Below are positions 35,553 to 47,798 of a DNA stretch of 64,000 bases, in pieces (the stretch's first letter is position 1; every line of letters starts with the position of its first letter). The position numbers and the translations under genes were made by a program. The notes under the pieces were generated by a model. It was not told where the DNA came from and did no database searches. It saw only the letters and a program-made list of their open reading frames with translations. The stretch is from an uncultured Acidobacteriota bacterium. Its GTDB lineage: Bacteria; Acidobacteriota; Blastocatellia; RBC074. The stretch covers positions 224,001 to 288,000 of the forward strand of contig CAWCKY010000004.1 of NCBI GenBank assembly GCA_963796275.1, in the 5' to 3' direction.

Positions 35553-37013
35553 ATGGAAACGAAGAAAGAGAACGAAGCAAATGAAAACAGCGAATCGAAC
35601 GAACACGATGGGACTATTCGTTTGTTTCCTACTTTTCGTCAATTTCGTCTTCTCACCTGGGCATCAGTATGCGGCATACTGATCCTGACATGTTTCCCGA
35701 CCAGCAGTCAGGTTTCGTCAACCCGACTCGGCGCGGGGCGCAAATACACCACGCTCGAGCGATTGAAACCGGAGCGCCTGCGCGCCGTGCGTGAAGATCG
35801 ATTGCGGTATCAAAATTCGCGCAGAACCCTCAAACCGGTCATGGGATATCAGGATTACCGTGCGATCCTTCACGCGCACGCCGAAGACTCATCGCATACA
35901 GGCGGAACGCTTCTTGAATTACTGGCTGCCGCAAAACAGACGGGAGTTAAGATCATTCTGCTCGGCGATCACGTGCGCCCGCCTCGTGACTTCATCAATG
36001 AGAGGTGGCGCGGCGTTCGCGAGGGAGTCCTGTTCATTCCGGGCGCGGAATCTGAAGGCTTCATCGTTCATCCGACACGGTCGATCATCTCCGCCTATAT
36101 CAATAAAAGCTGGAAGACGCGCGATGAATACATCCGGCTGGTCAAGCAGGATGGCGGCAACATCTTTCTTTCCCATGTCGAAGAGCGACTCGATTGGGAT
36201 ACATCTCAACTGGACGGATTGGAGATATACAACCATCACACGGATTTCAAAGACGAGTTCGGATTCGTGACGTGGCTGCGGGGCTCTTTCACAAATCCCG
36301 ATCGATTGCGGGAAGTCGACCGGCTGCTCACGGAATTCCCGATGGAGTTTTTCGGTTCATTGCAGGATTATCTGTCAAAGGTCATCACCAAATGGGACAG
36401 TGATCTGCAAACGCACCGACTTACCGGCATCGCCGCCAATGACTGCCACCACAACCAGGTCTTCACCATCAAAGCGGCGGCATCTGATGCGATCGAACTA
36501 AGCATCATCGGCGACCCTCCGCGCAAGCTTACCGCGAAACAATCTCCTCGCGTTGCCGAAATGGTGAAGGATCGTGAAGAGGGCGATGTGATTGCAAAGA
36601 TCGATCTCGATCCTTACGAGAGGAGTTTGAGCTATGTCTCAACCCATATCCTTCTGCGCGATTTCAATGAGAGGTCGGTGCGGCAAGCGTTGAAACAGGG
36701 CCGCGCATATGTGGCGCACGACTGGCTTTGCGATCCGACGGGTTTCACTTTCAGTGCGGAACTGAACGGGAAGCAGCGCGCGATAATGGGCGATGAATTG
36801 AAACTTGAACGTGGCTTGCATCTGCAGCTGGAAACCCCCTCAGCTGGCGCCATCAAGCTCATTCGCAACGGTACGGTGATCCGGGAATCGAAGTCGGACA
36901 AACTCGAATTCGAGGTAACTGAAGGCGGCGTATATCGCGCTGAGGTCTGGCTGGAGATCGACGGGGAACAGCGGCCTTGGATTTATGCCAATCCGATCAG
37001 AGTCGTTTTGTGA
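35553..37013 (+). CDS. PHP-like metallohydrolase (start uncertain)
   Basis: HAH, DH, GAE, SH, GLEIYN, NDCH and WIYANPI pattern. Confidence 0.75.
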   Translation: METKKENEANENSESNEHDGTIRLFPTFRQFRLLTWASVCGILILTCFPTSSQVSSTRLGAGRKYTTLERLKPERLRAVREDRLRYQNSRRTLKPVMGYQDYRAILHAHAEDSSHTGGTLLELLAAAKQTGVKIILLGDHVRPPRDFINERWRGVREGVLFIPGAESEGFIVHPTRSIISAYINKSWKTRDEYIRLVKQDGGNIFLSHVEERLDWDTSQLDGLEIYNHHTDFKDEFGFVTWLRGSFTNPDRLREVDRLLTEFPMEFFGSLQDYLSKVITKWDSDLQTHRLTGIAANDCHHNQVFTIKAAASDAIELSIIGDPPRKLTAKQSPRVAEMVKDREEGDVIAKIDLDPYERSLSYVSTHILLRDFNERSVRQALKQGRAYVAHDWLCDPTGFTFSAELNGKQRAIMGDELKLERGLHLQLETPSAGAIKLIRNGTVIRESKSDKLEFEVTEGGVYRAEVWLEIDGEQRPWIYANPIRVVL

Positions 37014-37142
37014 ATGTGAAGGGGAGCAAAAAAGACAAAAAGGGAGCATAAAAAGGCTTAGCGCCTGCATTTTTTTACGACCTTTGCCACGTCTTGCCAT
37101 TTTTGTTTCCAACCAGCCTTTCGGTAAACAGGAGGAATCAAC

Positions 37143-38108
37143 ATGCGAGTTGTTACCGGCTATATTGTGTGCATCTTTATGGCATCGACGCTCTTTCTCG
37201 CTGAGTCTGCTGTGTACGGCCAGTCGTGGAAGCCGCCCGCCGACTCCGAACGCTGTCCATCGAAATGGGGCGCCGGCGATCAAAGGGGAGCCGGCAATCA
37301 CATGAAACCGGAAACAGTGCTCCGGGCTGTCAAGCTTATCCGCTCCGGCGAGGTGATCGAGCTAGGCCACGCGCTCAACTCCTCGATGCCTTTTTTCGGA
37401 ACGCGACGCTTCGATCTCCACACCAAGCGCACCTTCATGAATCCGCAGTCGAACCAGCGCGGGAGCAATGAAGAATTCGTCGCCGGAGAAATAGGTCAGG
37501 TCGGCACGCAGTTCGATGGCTTCGCCCACCAGACGATCGGCAGCGGCATGTACAATTGCTTTAAGCTCGATGAGATATCGACCCGCAACGGATTCGATAA
37601 GCTGGGAATCGAGAATGTCGGCGCGTTCTTCACACGCGGTGTAATGATTGACATTGCCGGATTGAAAGGCGTGGAGATGTTGCCGGACAACTACGAGATA
37701 ACAGTGCAGGATATCGAGGAGGCGCTGGCGAAGCAGAAACTGAAGTTGCAGAGCGGCGATGCCGTCATCCTTCACACAGGCTGGGGTAAGCTGTGGGGCA
37801 AGGACAATGCACGGTATACCAGGAGCTGCCCGGGCATCGGCGTCGGTGCGGCATTGTGGCTGGCTCGGCAAGATCCGATACTGGTTGGTGCCGACAACTC
37901 TTCTGTAGAGGTATCGCCCAACCCCGACCCGAAAGTTTCGCTCCCCATCCATCAGATTATGCTTGTTGTGAACGGAATCCATCTGCTTGAGAATATGAAA
38001 CTCGTCGAACTGGCGGCCAAGCGTATTCAAGAGTTCGCATTTATCGTGCAACCGCTGAAGATACAGGGTGGCACCGGCTCGACCGTAGCCCCCATCGCTG
38101 TGCACTGA
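37143..38108 (+). CDS. Cyclase family (kynurenine formamidase-like) exported protein
   Basis: GTQFDGFAH, GDAVILHTGW, GIHLLENM, GGTGSTVAPIA. Confidence 0.9.
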   Translation: MRVVTGYIVCIFMASTLFLAESAVYGQSWKPPADSERCPSKWGAGDQRGAGNHMKPETVLRAVKLIRSGEVIELGHALNSSMPFFGTRRFDLHTKRTFMNPQSNQRGSNEEFVAGEIGQVGTQFDGFAHQTIGSGMYNCFKLDEISTRNGFDKLGIENVGAFFTRGVMIDIAGLKGVEMLPDNYEITVQDIEEALAKQKLKLQSGDAVILHTGWGKLWGKDNARYTRSCPGIGVGAALWLARQDPILVGADNSSVEVSPNPDPKVSLPIHQIMLVVNGIHLLENMKLVELAAKRIQEFAFIVQPLKIQGGTGSTVAPIAVH

Positions 38109-38117
38109 GGTTTCCTG

Positions 38118-38222
38118 TTTTGAGCTCCCGTTTGGAGCTCCCGTTTGGAGTTCCGCGTTTACGCGGTCTTTCCATTCCGAACGTGATGTTCTGACCGCCT
38201 GAAGGCGGAACTCCAAACGGGA
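38118..38222. repeat. REP doublet (GTTTGGAGTTCCGC family) with reiterated left end
   Basis: CCCGTTTGGAGTTCCGC...GCGGAACTCCAAACGGG; related element at 50544-50600. Confidence 0.7.
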
Positions 38223-38255
38223 ACAACGATTATCCATAGATATTTTCCGATAAAA

Positions 38256-39749
38256 ATGAATCAACACAATTCAATCAAAAATACAGCATCCGCGGATTCT
38301 GGCCTGGACCTAAACAACCTATCGGGCCTGGCAGCCGAATATGACAGCTACGATGCTCTCGGTCTGGCCGAGTTGATCGCCAAAAAGGAGATCACGCCGA
38401 TCGAGCTGCTCGACGCAGTTCGCCAGAGAGTTGAAGCCATCAATCCCCAAATCAATGCATTCAGCCAGCTCTTCTTCGACAAGGCCGAAGCAAGCATCAA
38501 TGATGGGCTGCCTGACGGGCCGTTTCACGGCGTGCCATTCGCCTTGAAAGATCTGGGCCAGTATTTGCGCGGCACTATCACAACTGCAGGCAGCAGAGTA
38601 TGGAAAGACGACATGGCCGAATACGACAGCACCCTGGTTGCTCGATACAAGCGAGCCGGCCTGGTCATCTTCGGCAAGACGACCACACCAGAACTAGGTC
38701 TGACAACCAGTACCGAATCGGTCCTTTTCGGTGAGACGCATAATCCGTGGGATCTCGACAGCGTACGAGCGGGGGTTCATCGGGTGGATCTGCAGCCGCA
38801 GTGGCGGCGCGCATCCTGCCAGCCGCGCACGCCAGCGATGGTGGAGGATCGATACGCATTCCCGCTTCGTGCTGTGGCCTGTTCGGCCTGAAGCCGACCC
38901 GCGGCCGCGTGCCGATGGGACCGGACCAGTTTGAAGGATGGAACGGTTTCTCGGTCCATCACGTTGTGACGATTTCGGTGCGAGATTGCGCTGCGCTGCT
39001 CGATGCTACCGCCGGCGCTGAACTCGGCTCGCCCTTCTTCTCGCCGCAGCCGCAACAACCTTTTGTGAAAGAGACCCTTATCGCTCCCAAAAAGCTGCGG
39101 GTCGCGGTCGTCATCGACCCTCCAGGCGGAACTCCGCTCGACCCCGCGTGCAAGAACGGCTGCACTCGAAGCCGCGAAGTTATGCGAGAGCCTGGGCCAT
39201 CTGGTCGAGGAGCAAAAGTTGCCGATCGAGCATGAGGTAATGTTCGAGGCGTTTCTCACCGTCATCAATGCTTCCACCGCCAGAACATTGGCCGATGCCG
39301 CCCGAACGCTCGGACGCGAAGTGACCGAGAAAGACGTCGAGACGGTGACTTGGGTGATGAACCACCAGGGGCGCAAGATAGACGCTGTATCTTACTCGCG
39401 TGCCATCCTCACAGCTCATCAGGTGGGCCTTGCGATGGCCAGGTTTCTGGAAAACTACGATGTAATCCTGAGCCCGACTCTGGGGAAACCTCCGGTGCCA
39501 CTGGGCGTGCTGAGTCTCTCTCCCGCAAATATCCAGGACTTCACGAAAGAGATCACGGAATTTGGCCCGTATACTGCGCTCTATAACGTGACGGGACAGC
39601 CTTCAATGTCGGTGCCATTGCATTGGACGACGGATGGCTTGCCGGTGGGTGTGATGTTCTCAGGACGATTCGGCGACGAGGCGACACTTCTTCGCCTGGG
39701 AGCACAGCTGGAGAAAGCGAAGCCGTGGGCTGGGCGTAAGCCTGTATAA
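38256..39749 (+). CDS. Amidase-signature enzyme, split by two frameshifts (near 38760 and 39155)
   Basis: [43 protein letters not shown] across three consecutive frames. Confidence 0.88.
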
Positions 39750-39998
39750 GCCCAGATTGGAGGCGGAGACAATAGTACGAAAGTTCAACTGAATGCAGCC
39801 GTTCGTATAGATAAGGTGCTGACTGGCCCAGGAGGAAAACTGTAAATGAAATGCTCCAGATGGTGGAGCATGGCGCAAGAGGGTTTGAAAGATTGAACGG
39901 TTTGAATAGTGATGAGAGGCAGACGATTCCGATTTCTCCAGATGGCCGGCAGGCAGATAAGATCTCAATTTAATAGTGTATCCGACGCTCGGATTCAA

Positions 39999-40790
39999 TC
40001 ATATACCTTTGCTCAGCTCCCGCACCAGCCGGGCCACGCTTTCAACCAACCCCGGTGAGCCCAGATTGTTTTCTATCTCCTGCACCAATCGGCTGCCGAC
40101 AACCGCGCCATCGGCATAGCTCCAGACTTCGCGCACGTGTTCCTGTGTCGAAATACCGAACCCGACGGCCACAGGCAATGCCGAGTATCGCCGAACCCGT
40201 TCGGCGATCGAGCGAACTTCTGCAGAGATGTTTTCCCGCATACCCGTCACTCCGGTGCGCGCTACGATGTAGATAAACCCGCTTGAATTTTCGGCTATCA
40301 GTTTGATCCGGTCATCTGTCGAAGTGGGAGCTACCAGAAAGACCGTATCCAGTTGCGCCTGCCGCATCTGTGCGACAAACCCTGCTGCTTCTTCGGGAAT
40401 TAGATCCGTCACCAGGACGCCATCGACGCCAGCTTCCTTCAGCTTCGATCCGAGCCCCTCGCGTGCAAACTGTAATAATGGATTGAAATAGGTGAAGAGG
40501 AGGATCGGAACCTCGCTCTTTCTCCTCACTCGTTCAACTACCGGCAGAATATCGGCAACGCCGATTGGATTATTAAGCGCGCGTTCCGAGGCGCGCTGAA
40601 TCACCGGCCCGTCAGCCATCGGATCCGAAAACGGCACGCCGAGCTCGATAATATCGGCGCCGGCTTCATCAAGCGCAAGTAATATTTCTTCGGTCGTCGC
40701 GAGATCTGGATCGCCCGCCGTGATGTAAGGAATGAATGCCCGCCGGCCCTCGCGTCTCAAGCTTTCGAACTTTTCTGTTATCCGAGTCAT
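39999..40790 (-). CDS. trpA: Tryptophan synthase alpha
   Basis: ELGVPFSDPMADGPVIQ, VGFGIS, ADGAVVGS. Confidence 0.97.
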   Translation of the reverse strand: MTRITEKFESLRREGRRAFIPYITAGDPDLATTEEILLALDEAGADIIELGVPFSDPMADGPVIQRASERALNNPIGVADILPVVERVRRKSEVPILLFTYFNPLLQFAREGLGSKLKEAGVDGVLVTDLIPEEAAGFVAQMRQAQLDTVFLVAPTSTDDRIKLIAENSSGFIYIVARTGVTGMRENISAEVRSIAERVRRYSALPVAVGFGISTQEHVREVWSYADGAVVGSRLVQEIENNLGSPGLVESVARLVRELSKGI

Positions 40791-40868
40791 AGAGAGTCAG
40801 GATTCACCACACCACACAAAACTACAGATTAACTACAATTTGCGCTTTGCGGTGAATGCAATTTATTT

Positions 40869-42161
40869 CTATTTATTCCCCGTATATGTCACCCGCCAAA
40901 TCTTCTTCCCGCCATCGTCGACGACCAGAAGCGAGCCGTCGCCAATCATCGCCAATCCTACCGGGCGCCCCCAGACCTCCCTCGCCGAAACGTCCGGGAC
41001 CCAGCCCACCAGGAAGTTCTCATAACCGCCTTCGGGTTTGCCATTTTCGAAAGGTATACGTACAACCTTGTAGCCACTGCGCGTCGACCGATTCCACGAA
41101 CCGTGCATCGCGACGAATGCATCACCTTGATATTCCTGGGGAAACATCGGGCCCGTGTTAAACACCAGGCCGAGCGCCGCACAGTGAGCTTCAAAAAGAA
41201 CATCCGGCACTAACGCTTTCTCTACCATGTCCTTTCCCTTTCCCTCCATCCTCGGGTCTAGATTCTTGCCGATGTAGGAATAAGGCCAACCATAGAATCC
41301 GCCGTCCTGCACCGAGGTGGCATAATCCGGCACCAGATCGTCGCCCAGACCGTCACGCTCGTTCACCGCCGTCCACAGTTGCCCGGTGGTGGGGTTCCAG
41401 GCCATCCCGATCGGGTTGCGGATGCCCGACGCGTAGATACGATGGCCCGTTCCATCCGCGTTATATTCGTTGATTGCGGCGCGGCGCGGCTCTTCTTCAC
41501 CGACATTCGTTTCAGAGCCGACCGAGACATACATCTTTTTGCCGTCTTTGCTGAAGATGATATTGCGCGTCCAGTGTTGGCGATATCCCTCACCCGGCAG
41601 ATCGACTATCTTCTCTCCGCTTCCCTCCAACTTCGTCTGGCCCGGTTTATATGTGAAACGAAGAACGGCATTGGTATTCGCGACGTAAAAGTATTCATTC
41701 TGAATCGCCATTCCGAAAGGCTGATTCAATCCAGTGGCGAATTCAAACCGTTCGGTCTTGTTGTCAATCGCACCGTCTTTGTTGGCATCGCGCAAGAGTG
41801 TGATGCTGTTCACCTGGTTATCGGAAAGGAAGAGGTCTCCGTTCGGTCCTTCGATAATCCAGCGCGGATTACGAAACTCACCTTCAGCAAAAACCTTGAC
41901 CTCGAATCCCGTGGGCAAGGTGAGCCCGGCTCCCGTCGGCGCGGGAGAGACCTCCGGATGATTATTTGCGGAGCCGGATGCGAATGGCTTCGGCAATGAT
42001 TCCGGTTTGATCACAATGCGATCGGAATCGATTTTCTGCACAATTCCGCCACCGCCCTGGCCAGCTGGCTGGCCTACTTGTGCGCACGCGGACAGCAGAA
42101 TTATCGATAAGATTGCCCCTGTAATTGCTAAATAGAAACCCGTCTTTTGTTCTCCTCTCAC
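40869..42161 (-). CDS. Sorbosone/PQQ-dependent sugar dehydrogenase family lipoprotein
   Basis: LSAC lipobox, GIRNPIG, NERDGLGDDLVPDY, HGSWNR, GRPVG. Confidence 0.9.
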   Translation of the reverse strand: MRGEQKTGFYLAITGAILSIILLSACAQVGQPAGQGGGGIVQKIDSDRIVIKPESLPKPFASGSANNHPEVSPAPTGAGLTLPTGFEVKVFAEGEFRNPRWIIEGPNGDLFLSDNQVNSITLLRDANKDGAIDNKTERFEFATGLNQPFGMAIQNEYFYVANTNAVLRFTYKPGQTKLEGSGEKIVDLPGEGYRQHWTRNIIFSKDGKKMYVSVGSETNVGEEEPRRAAINEYNADGTGHRIYASGIRNPIGMAWNPTTGQLWTAVNERDGLGDDLVPDYATSVQDGGFYGWPYSYIGKNLDPRMEGKGKDMVEKALVPDVLFEAHCAALGLVFNTGPMFPQEYQGDAFVAMHGSWNRSTRSGYKVVRIPFENGKPEGGYENFLVGWVPDVSAREVWGRPVGLAMIGDGSLLVVDDGGKKIWRVTYTGNK

Positions 42162-42252
42162 TCGATTCTCCTTAATAACTGGCAGACTTCAATTATGATT
42201 TTGAAGACTAGATGCAATTACGTGCAACAACGTATTCGGCCGCAATAAAGGT

Positions 42253-43469
42253 TTAAATTTTTGTTCCAATCGCATTCGCGTCGAGTAAATCAGCCACCGT
42301 ATTGACATCTTTATCACCCCGGCCCGAGAGATTGACCAGAACGATCTCTTCTTTCGACAAGCGCGGCGCGAGCTTTACCAAATGAGCTATGGCATGCGCC
42401 GATTCGAGCGCCGGCATGATGCCTTCCGTCCGCGTCAACAGAAGAAACGCCTCGAGCGCTTCCTGATCGTCCGCTGAAACATATTCGACGCGCCCTCGAT
42501 CGTGTAAATAAGCGTGCTCGGGACCGACGCTCGGATAATCGAGCCCAGCGGAGATCGAATGCGTCGATGCGATCTGGCCGCGATTATCCTGTAAAACGTA
42601 GCTGCGCGTCCCCTGCAGGACGCCGGTGCTGCCGCCACCCTCCTCCAGGAACCGCGCCGCGTGTTCCCCAAGAGCTAATCCCCTGCCGCCAGCCTCGACG
42701 CCTATCATCTTCACGTTTGGATCATCCAAAAATTCATAGAAGAGCCCCATCGCGTTGCTCCCACCGCCGACACACGCGAGCAGGTAATCGGGCAATCGAT
42801 TGCAGCGTTCGAGCATTTGCGCCCGCGCTTCCCGTCCGATCACGCTCTGAAAATCGCGCACCATCATCGGATATGGGTGAGGGCCGAGCACGGATCCGAG
42901 CAGGTAATGAGTATCGCCGACATTGGTCACCCAGTCGCGTAAAGCTTCGTTGATTGCGTCCTTGAGCGTTCGGCTGCCCGCATCGACTCCGACGACCTCT
43001 GCGCCGAGCAACTTCATGCGGAAGACATTCAACGCCTGCCGTCGCATATCCTCGGTGCCCATGTAAACCAGACACTTCATTCCGGTCATCGCACAAACGG
43101 TCGCGGTCGCCACGCCGTGCTGCCCTGCCCCGGTCTCGGCGATGATACGGCGTTTGCCCATTCGTCTGGCGAGCAGTATTTGCCCCAGTGCATTGTTGAT
43201 CTTATGCGCACCTGTATGATTGAGGTCTTCGCGCTTCAGGTAGACTTGTGCGCCTCCCAGATGCTTCGTCAGTCTCTCGGCCAATGTGATAGGAGTCGGG
43301 CGGCCCACATATTCGCGCAACAGGGTTTCAAATTCGCGTTGAAATGACTGATCAAGGCGAGCTTCGGCATAAGCGGCTTTGAGCTCTTCCAGGGGATGCA
43401 TCAATGTTTCCGGGACGAAGCTGCCGCCGTAATGTCCGAAATGCCCCCCGTTGTCCGGCAAAGAATCGA

Positions 43470-43473
<4 letters not shown>
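42253..43473 (-). CDS. trpB: Tryptophan synthase beta
   Basis: [40 protein letters not shown]. Confidence 0.98.
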
Positions 43474-44099
<626 letters not shown>

Positions 44100-44145
44100 G
44101 ATGCCGGGCCCAAGCCCCCCCACAGAATCGATCGTCTCGCAACCA

Positions 44146-44299
44146 GCGCCGGAGGCGCGCAATGTCTATAGTTCACGGCTATCACCATAACCCAAGCTCC
44201 GAAAGGAGCGAAATGTGACCGCGCCCACATTTCGCTCCTTCCGGAGCTTGCCAGATTTGGGTGATCGAATACTATAGATATCCGGCTCCTCCGGAGCCA
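44146..44299. repeat. REPIN-like element (AGCTCC..GGAGCGAAATGT family)
   Basis: Core IR CAAGCTCCGAAAGGAGCGAAATGTG...CACATTTCGCTCCTTCCGGAGCTTG at 44193-44250, with degenerate outer arms. Confidence 0.7.
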
Positions 44300-44352
44300 T
44301 CAGAACTGCAATCAGAACTGATTGATAACAGAACAGCTTTAATTTGCACTCG

Positions 44353-45129
44353 TCAACTAATCAAATCTCGCAGCGCCTTCCCTTCATCAGCTGCACGCAA
44401 CAGTTCCTCGCCGATCAGGAAAGCGTCGAACCCTGCGGCGCGCAAACGTTCAATGTCTTCACGCGTGCGAATTCCGCTTTCGCTGACGAGCGTGATCGAT
44501 TTCGGTAATTTATCGGCAAGCTCCAGGGAATTCTCGATTTTCGTCTCGAATGTCCGCAGGTCGCGATTGTTGACGCCGAGCAAACGCACATCGCACCGCA
44601 TCGCTCGCTCGACCTCAGCGAGGTCGTGCACCTCGACGAGCGCGTCGAGCCCCAGGCCATAAGCCGTCTGCAACAGGTCACTCAATTGCGTTTCGTCAAG
44701 TATCGAAACAATGAGGAGAATCGCATCAGCTCCGGCGTGCGCCGCTTCATAAATCTGATACTGATCGAAGATGAAATCTTTTCGCAGCAGCGGGCGGTCC
44801 GTCACTTCGTCCACGAAGCGCAGAAAATCGAGCGAGCCGTCGAAAAAATCTTCCTCGGTCAACACCGAGAGCGCGGCAGCGCCGTTCGACGCATAGTTGC
44901 GCGCGATCGTCACGGGATCGAAGTTTTCGCGAATGATTCCCTTCGAAGGCGAGCGTCTTTTTATCTCGGCAATAACGTTGATGCCATCGTTCTGCAATGG
45001 CCTGATGAAGCGGCCCGTGCCAAAGCTGGTCGGCATCGTCGAGAGCAATTCGCCGAATGGTATCTGATTCTTTGCCTCATTCAGCCTTTCGCGTTTGCGC
45101 GAGAGTATCCGTTCCAGAATATCGTTCAT
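44353..45129 (-). CDS. trpC: Indole-3-glycerol phosphate synthase
   Basis: IAEIKRRSPSKG, LRKDFI, GVNNRDL, SESGI. Confidence 0.97.
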   Translation of the reverse strand: MNDILERILSRKRERLNEAKNQIPFGELLSTMPTSFGTGRFIRPLQNDGINVIAEIKRRSPSKGIIRENFDPVTIARNYASNGAAALSVLTEEDFFDGSLDFLRFVDEVTDRPLLRKDFIFDQYQIYEAAHAGADAILLIVSILDETQLSDLLQTAYGLGLDALVEVHDLAEVERAMRCDVRLLGVNNRDLRTFETKIENSLELADKLPKSITLVSESGIRTREDIERLRAAGFDAFLIGEELLRAADEGKALRDLIS

Positions 45130-46142
45130 AAATTACTCAAATGTCGCAGCGACTCGAGTTTATGCATAGCTGCACCTTCATCGATCATCTCTCCTGCCAG
45201 TCGAATCGAGTCGACGAACGTCGCGTCTCCATCTGCTACGTGCAGCGAGGCGGCGGCGTTTATCAGTATCAGATCGCGCGCAGCATCGCGCCGTGCTCCC
45301 GATAACACATCACCAATAAGCTTCGCATTATCTTCCGCTGAACCGCTTCTCAGGCTATCGGGCGTTCTGCGCCGCAATCCGAACTCTTCAGGGGAAACTT
45401 CGAAGCGTTTTACACCATGCAGGGAAACCTCGTGTATGACCGTTTTATCAAATATTGTTATTTCGTCCAACCCATCTGCGCCTCTGACTATCCAGGCGCG
45501 TTCTGTGCTGCCCAACCTTGACAACGCCATCGCCACTTTACCGCACGCCGCCTCGTGTGAGACGCCGATGACCTGAAACGGCGCGCCCGCCGGATTGGTA
45601 AGCGGGCCGAGAAGGTTGAATATCGTTCGCACGCCGAGATCGCGGCGAACTATAGCTACCCGCCTCGTAGCCGCGTGATGCAATGGCGCGAACATAAAAC
45701 ATAAACCGATCTCGTCAAAAATCTCACCGACGCGGCCGGGATCCAGATCGACCTTTACGCCGAGTGCGCGCAGGACGTCGGCGCTTCCCGCTTTGGTCGT
45801 CACCCCAACGTTCCCGTGTTTGGCGACCGGCATACCCGCCGCCGCGACTACGAATGCCGCAGCCGTCGAGACGTTGAAAGTTTTAACCTGGCTACCTCCG
45901 GTGCCGCAGGTGTCGACAAATTTCGCATGCTTCGTCGCAATCCGGGCACAGCGGGAGCGCATAGTCTCGGCAAATCCGGCCAGCTCCTCTTCCGTCTCGC
46001 CCTTCGCCGCGAGGGCGACCAGCGCGGCTGCGATACGAGCATCGGTAACATCATCGGCAAGAATCGCATTGAGCAGCGACGCCGCCTCAGTCTGCGTCAG
46101 GTCCTTGCCAGCGATAATCTGGTCAAGCAGCGATGTGAGCAT
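45126..46142 (-). CDS. trpD: Anthranilate phosphoribosyltransferase
   Basis: DTCGTGG, FNVST, AKHGN, RTIFNLLGPLTNP; TGATG overlap with trpG. Confidence 0.97.
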   Translation of the reverse strand: MLTSLLDQIIAGKDLTQTEAASLLNAILADDVTDARIAAALVALAAKGETEEELAGFAETMRSRCARIATKHAKFVDTCGTGGSQVKTFNVSTAAAFVVAAAGMPVAKHGNVGVTTKAGSADVLRALGVKVDLDPGRVGEIFDEIGLCFMFAPLHHAATRRVAIVRRDLGVRTIFNLLGPLTNPAGAPFQVIGVSHEAACGKVAMALSRLGSTERAWIVRGADGLDEITIFDKTVIHEVSLHGVKRFEVSPEEFGLRRRTPDSLRSGSAEDNAKLIGDVLSGARRDAARDLILINAAASLHVADGDATFVDSIRLAGEMIDEGAAMHKLESLRHLSNL

Positions 46143-46708
46143 CAATTCAACCTGAGGAAATTGCGAAGTAAATCTTTTCCGGCACCGGTCATTATCGACT
46201 CGGGATGAAACTGTACGCCCTCGCATATGAATTCGCGATGGCGCAATCCCATAACCAGCCCGTCTGATGTAGTCGCGGATATCTCCAATACGGCGGGAAC
46301 GCTCGCCCGATCGACGATCAGCGAGTGATATCGCGTGGCCGTGAAGGGATTTTCCATACCATCAAAAACCGTGCGTCCATCGTGCAGGATTTGACTCGTC
46401 TTCCCGTGCATAATATACGGCGCGCGCACAACCGACCCGCCGAAGACTTGACCGATCGCCTGGTGTCCCAGGCATACGCCGAGCAGCGGAATAGCGCCGG
46501 CGAAATGGCGAATCACATCGATCGTGATGCCAGCGTGCTCAGGATCACAGGGTCCCGGTGAGACGACGATTCGCGCGGGCGCAAGTTTTTCAATCTCTTC
46601 GATAGTGATCTGATCGTTGCGCGCTACTTTTATCTCAGCCCCGAGCTCGCCCAAATACTGCACGAGGTTGTAAGTGAACGAGTCGTAGTTGTCTATAACC
46701 AGGATCAT
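46142..46708 (-). CDS. trpG: Anthranilate synthase component II
   Basis: [28 protein letters not shown]. Confidence 0.96.
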   Translation of the reverse strand: MILVIDNYDSFTYNLVQYLGELGAEIKVARNDQITIEEIEKLAPARIVVSPGPCDPEHAGITIDVIRHFAGAIPLLGVCLGHQAIGQVFGGSVVRAPYIMHGKTSQILHDGRTVFDGMENPFTATRYHSLIVDRASVPAVLEISATTSDGLVMGLRHREFICEGVQFHPESIMTGAGKDLLRNFLRLN

Positions 46709-46710
46709 AG

Positions 46711-46916
46711 CAGTTTTCAGTTTTCAGTTTTCAGTTTTCAGTTTTCAGTTTTCAGTTCGCTGTGTTGATTCACAGTTACCAGATGTTGGTTCACCAACTG
46801 AAAATTTAAAACTGAAAACTCATTTCTTCCTTCAGTTTTCAGTTCGCCGTTTTGATTCACAGTCCAGATATTGGCCCACCAACTGAAAACTTAAAACTGA
46901 AAACTCATTTCTTCCT
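46711..46916. repeat. (AGTTTTC)n hairpin element duplicated in tandem (about 85 bp unit)
   Basis: Two diverged copies ending in AAAACTCATTTCTTCCT (about 46745-46831 and 46832-46916). Confidence 0.8.
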
Positions 46917-47798
46917 GTATGCCTGACAGGAAGATTTATCAATGCGAATCAGAAGCGCAAGAGCCAACCGGTAACCTAGATGAACGCTCTCTATTTTAAC
47001 GTTTTCCGCTTTATCATTGCCCGTGTGCAGGATATTTTTCCAATTATTGCTCAGCCCGTGAATCGTAATGGCCGGTATATTTTTCTTGATAAACGAATCC
47101 GAATCGGAGCTTCCGCCGGTGAAGTACCTGCGCTCGAATGGAATGTTCATTTCCTTGGCGAGATTGGCCACCAATTCGATCAGCTTCTTGCTCGAAATGC
47201 TCTCGATCACTTGCGGTACAGCGAGGCCAATGCTGTCCATATTGATCATCGCGCAATACTCCGCCGCCTGCGCTTTCTTGATCGTATCGACCATGGCGGC
47301 TGATCCGAACAGTCCCTTCTCTTCTTCACCGAAAGCGACGAATACGAGGGTCTTGTTGAGCGGGACTTCTTTCAGCGTGCGATAGATATGAGCCAGAGCG
47401 ACGATCCCGGTCCAGTTGTCTACTGCCCCGCACCCCGAACCGGTTTTGTCGTAATGCGCGCCAATAACGATCTTCTCATTCGTAGTCTCGGGAGAAGCCG
47501 CAACCTTGCGAATGACGACATTCTCGACGTTTTTGAATTTGTCGATAGTTATCTCCGCCGGGTCCGCCCCCATTCTTTCAAACAAAGCCTTGACCGCGTT
47601 CAGGCGTTCATCATTCTGACAGGGGACCGAATCAAACTCAGCCCTCATCTCATCAGCGGTGGAAAGCTGTATCCCATTCCCGTCTTGTGCGCAGATGCTA
47701 ATCTTGAGGCTAAAGCAGAAGAGGATGGAGAGGATAGCCGCGACAAAATATTTTTCGCCTTTCTCTTCCTTTTTTGCTTTTTTTATATCACTTTGCAT
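46905..47798 (-). CDS. M28 family peptidase
   Basis: GAHYD, GAVDNWTG, GEEEKGLFGS, SDSDSF, HTGND. Confidence 0.85.
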   Translation of the reverse strand: MQSDIKKAKKEEKGEKYFVAAILSILFCFSLKISICAQDGNGIQLSTADEMRAEFDSVPCQNDERLNAVKALFERMGADPAEITIDKFKNVENVVIRKVAASPETTNEKIVIGAHYDKTGSGCGAVDNWTGIVALAHIYRTLKEVPLNKTLVFVAFGEEEKGLFGSAAMVDTIKKAQAAEYCAMINMDSIGLAVPQVIESISSKKLIELVANLAKEMNIPFERRYFTGGSSDSDSFIKKNIPAITIHGLSNNWKNILHTGNDKAENVKIESVHLGYRLALALLIRIDKSSCQAYRKK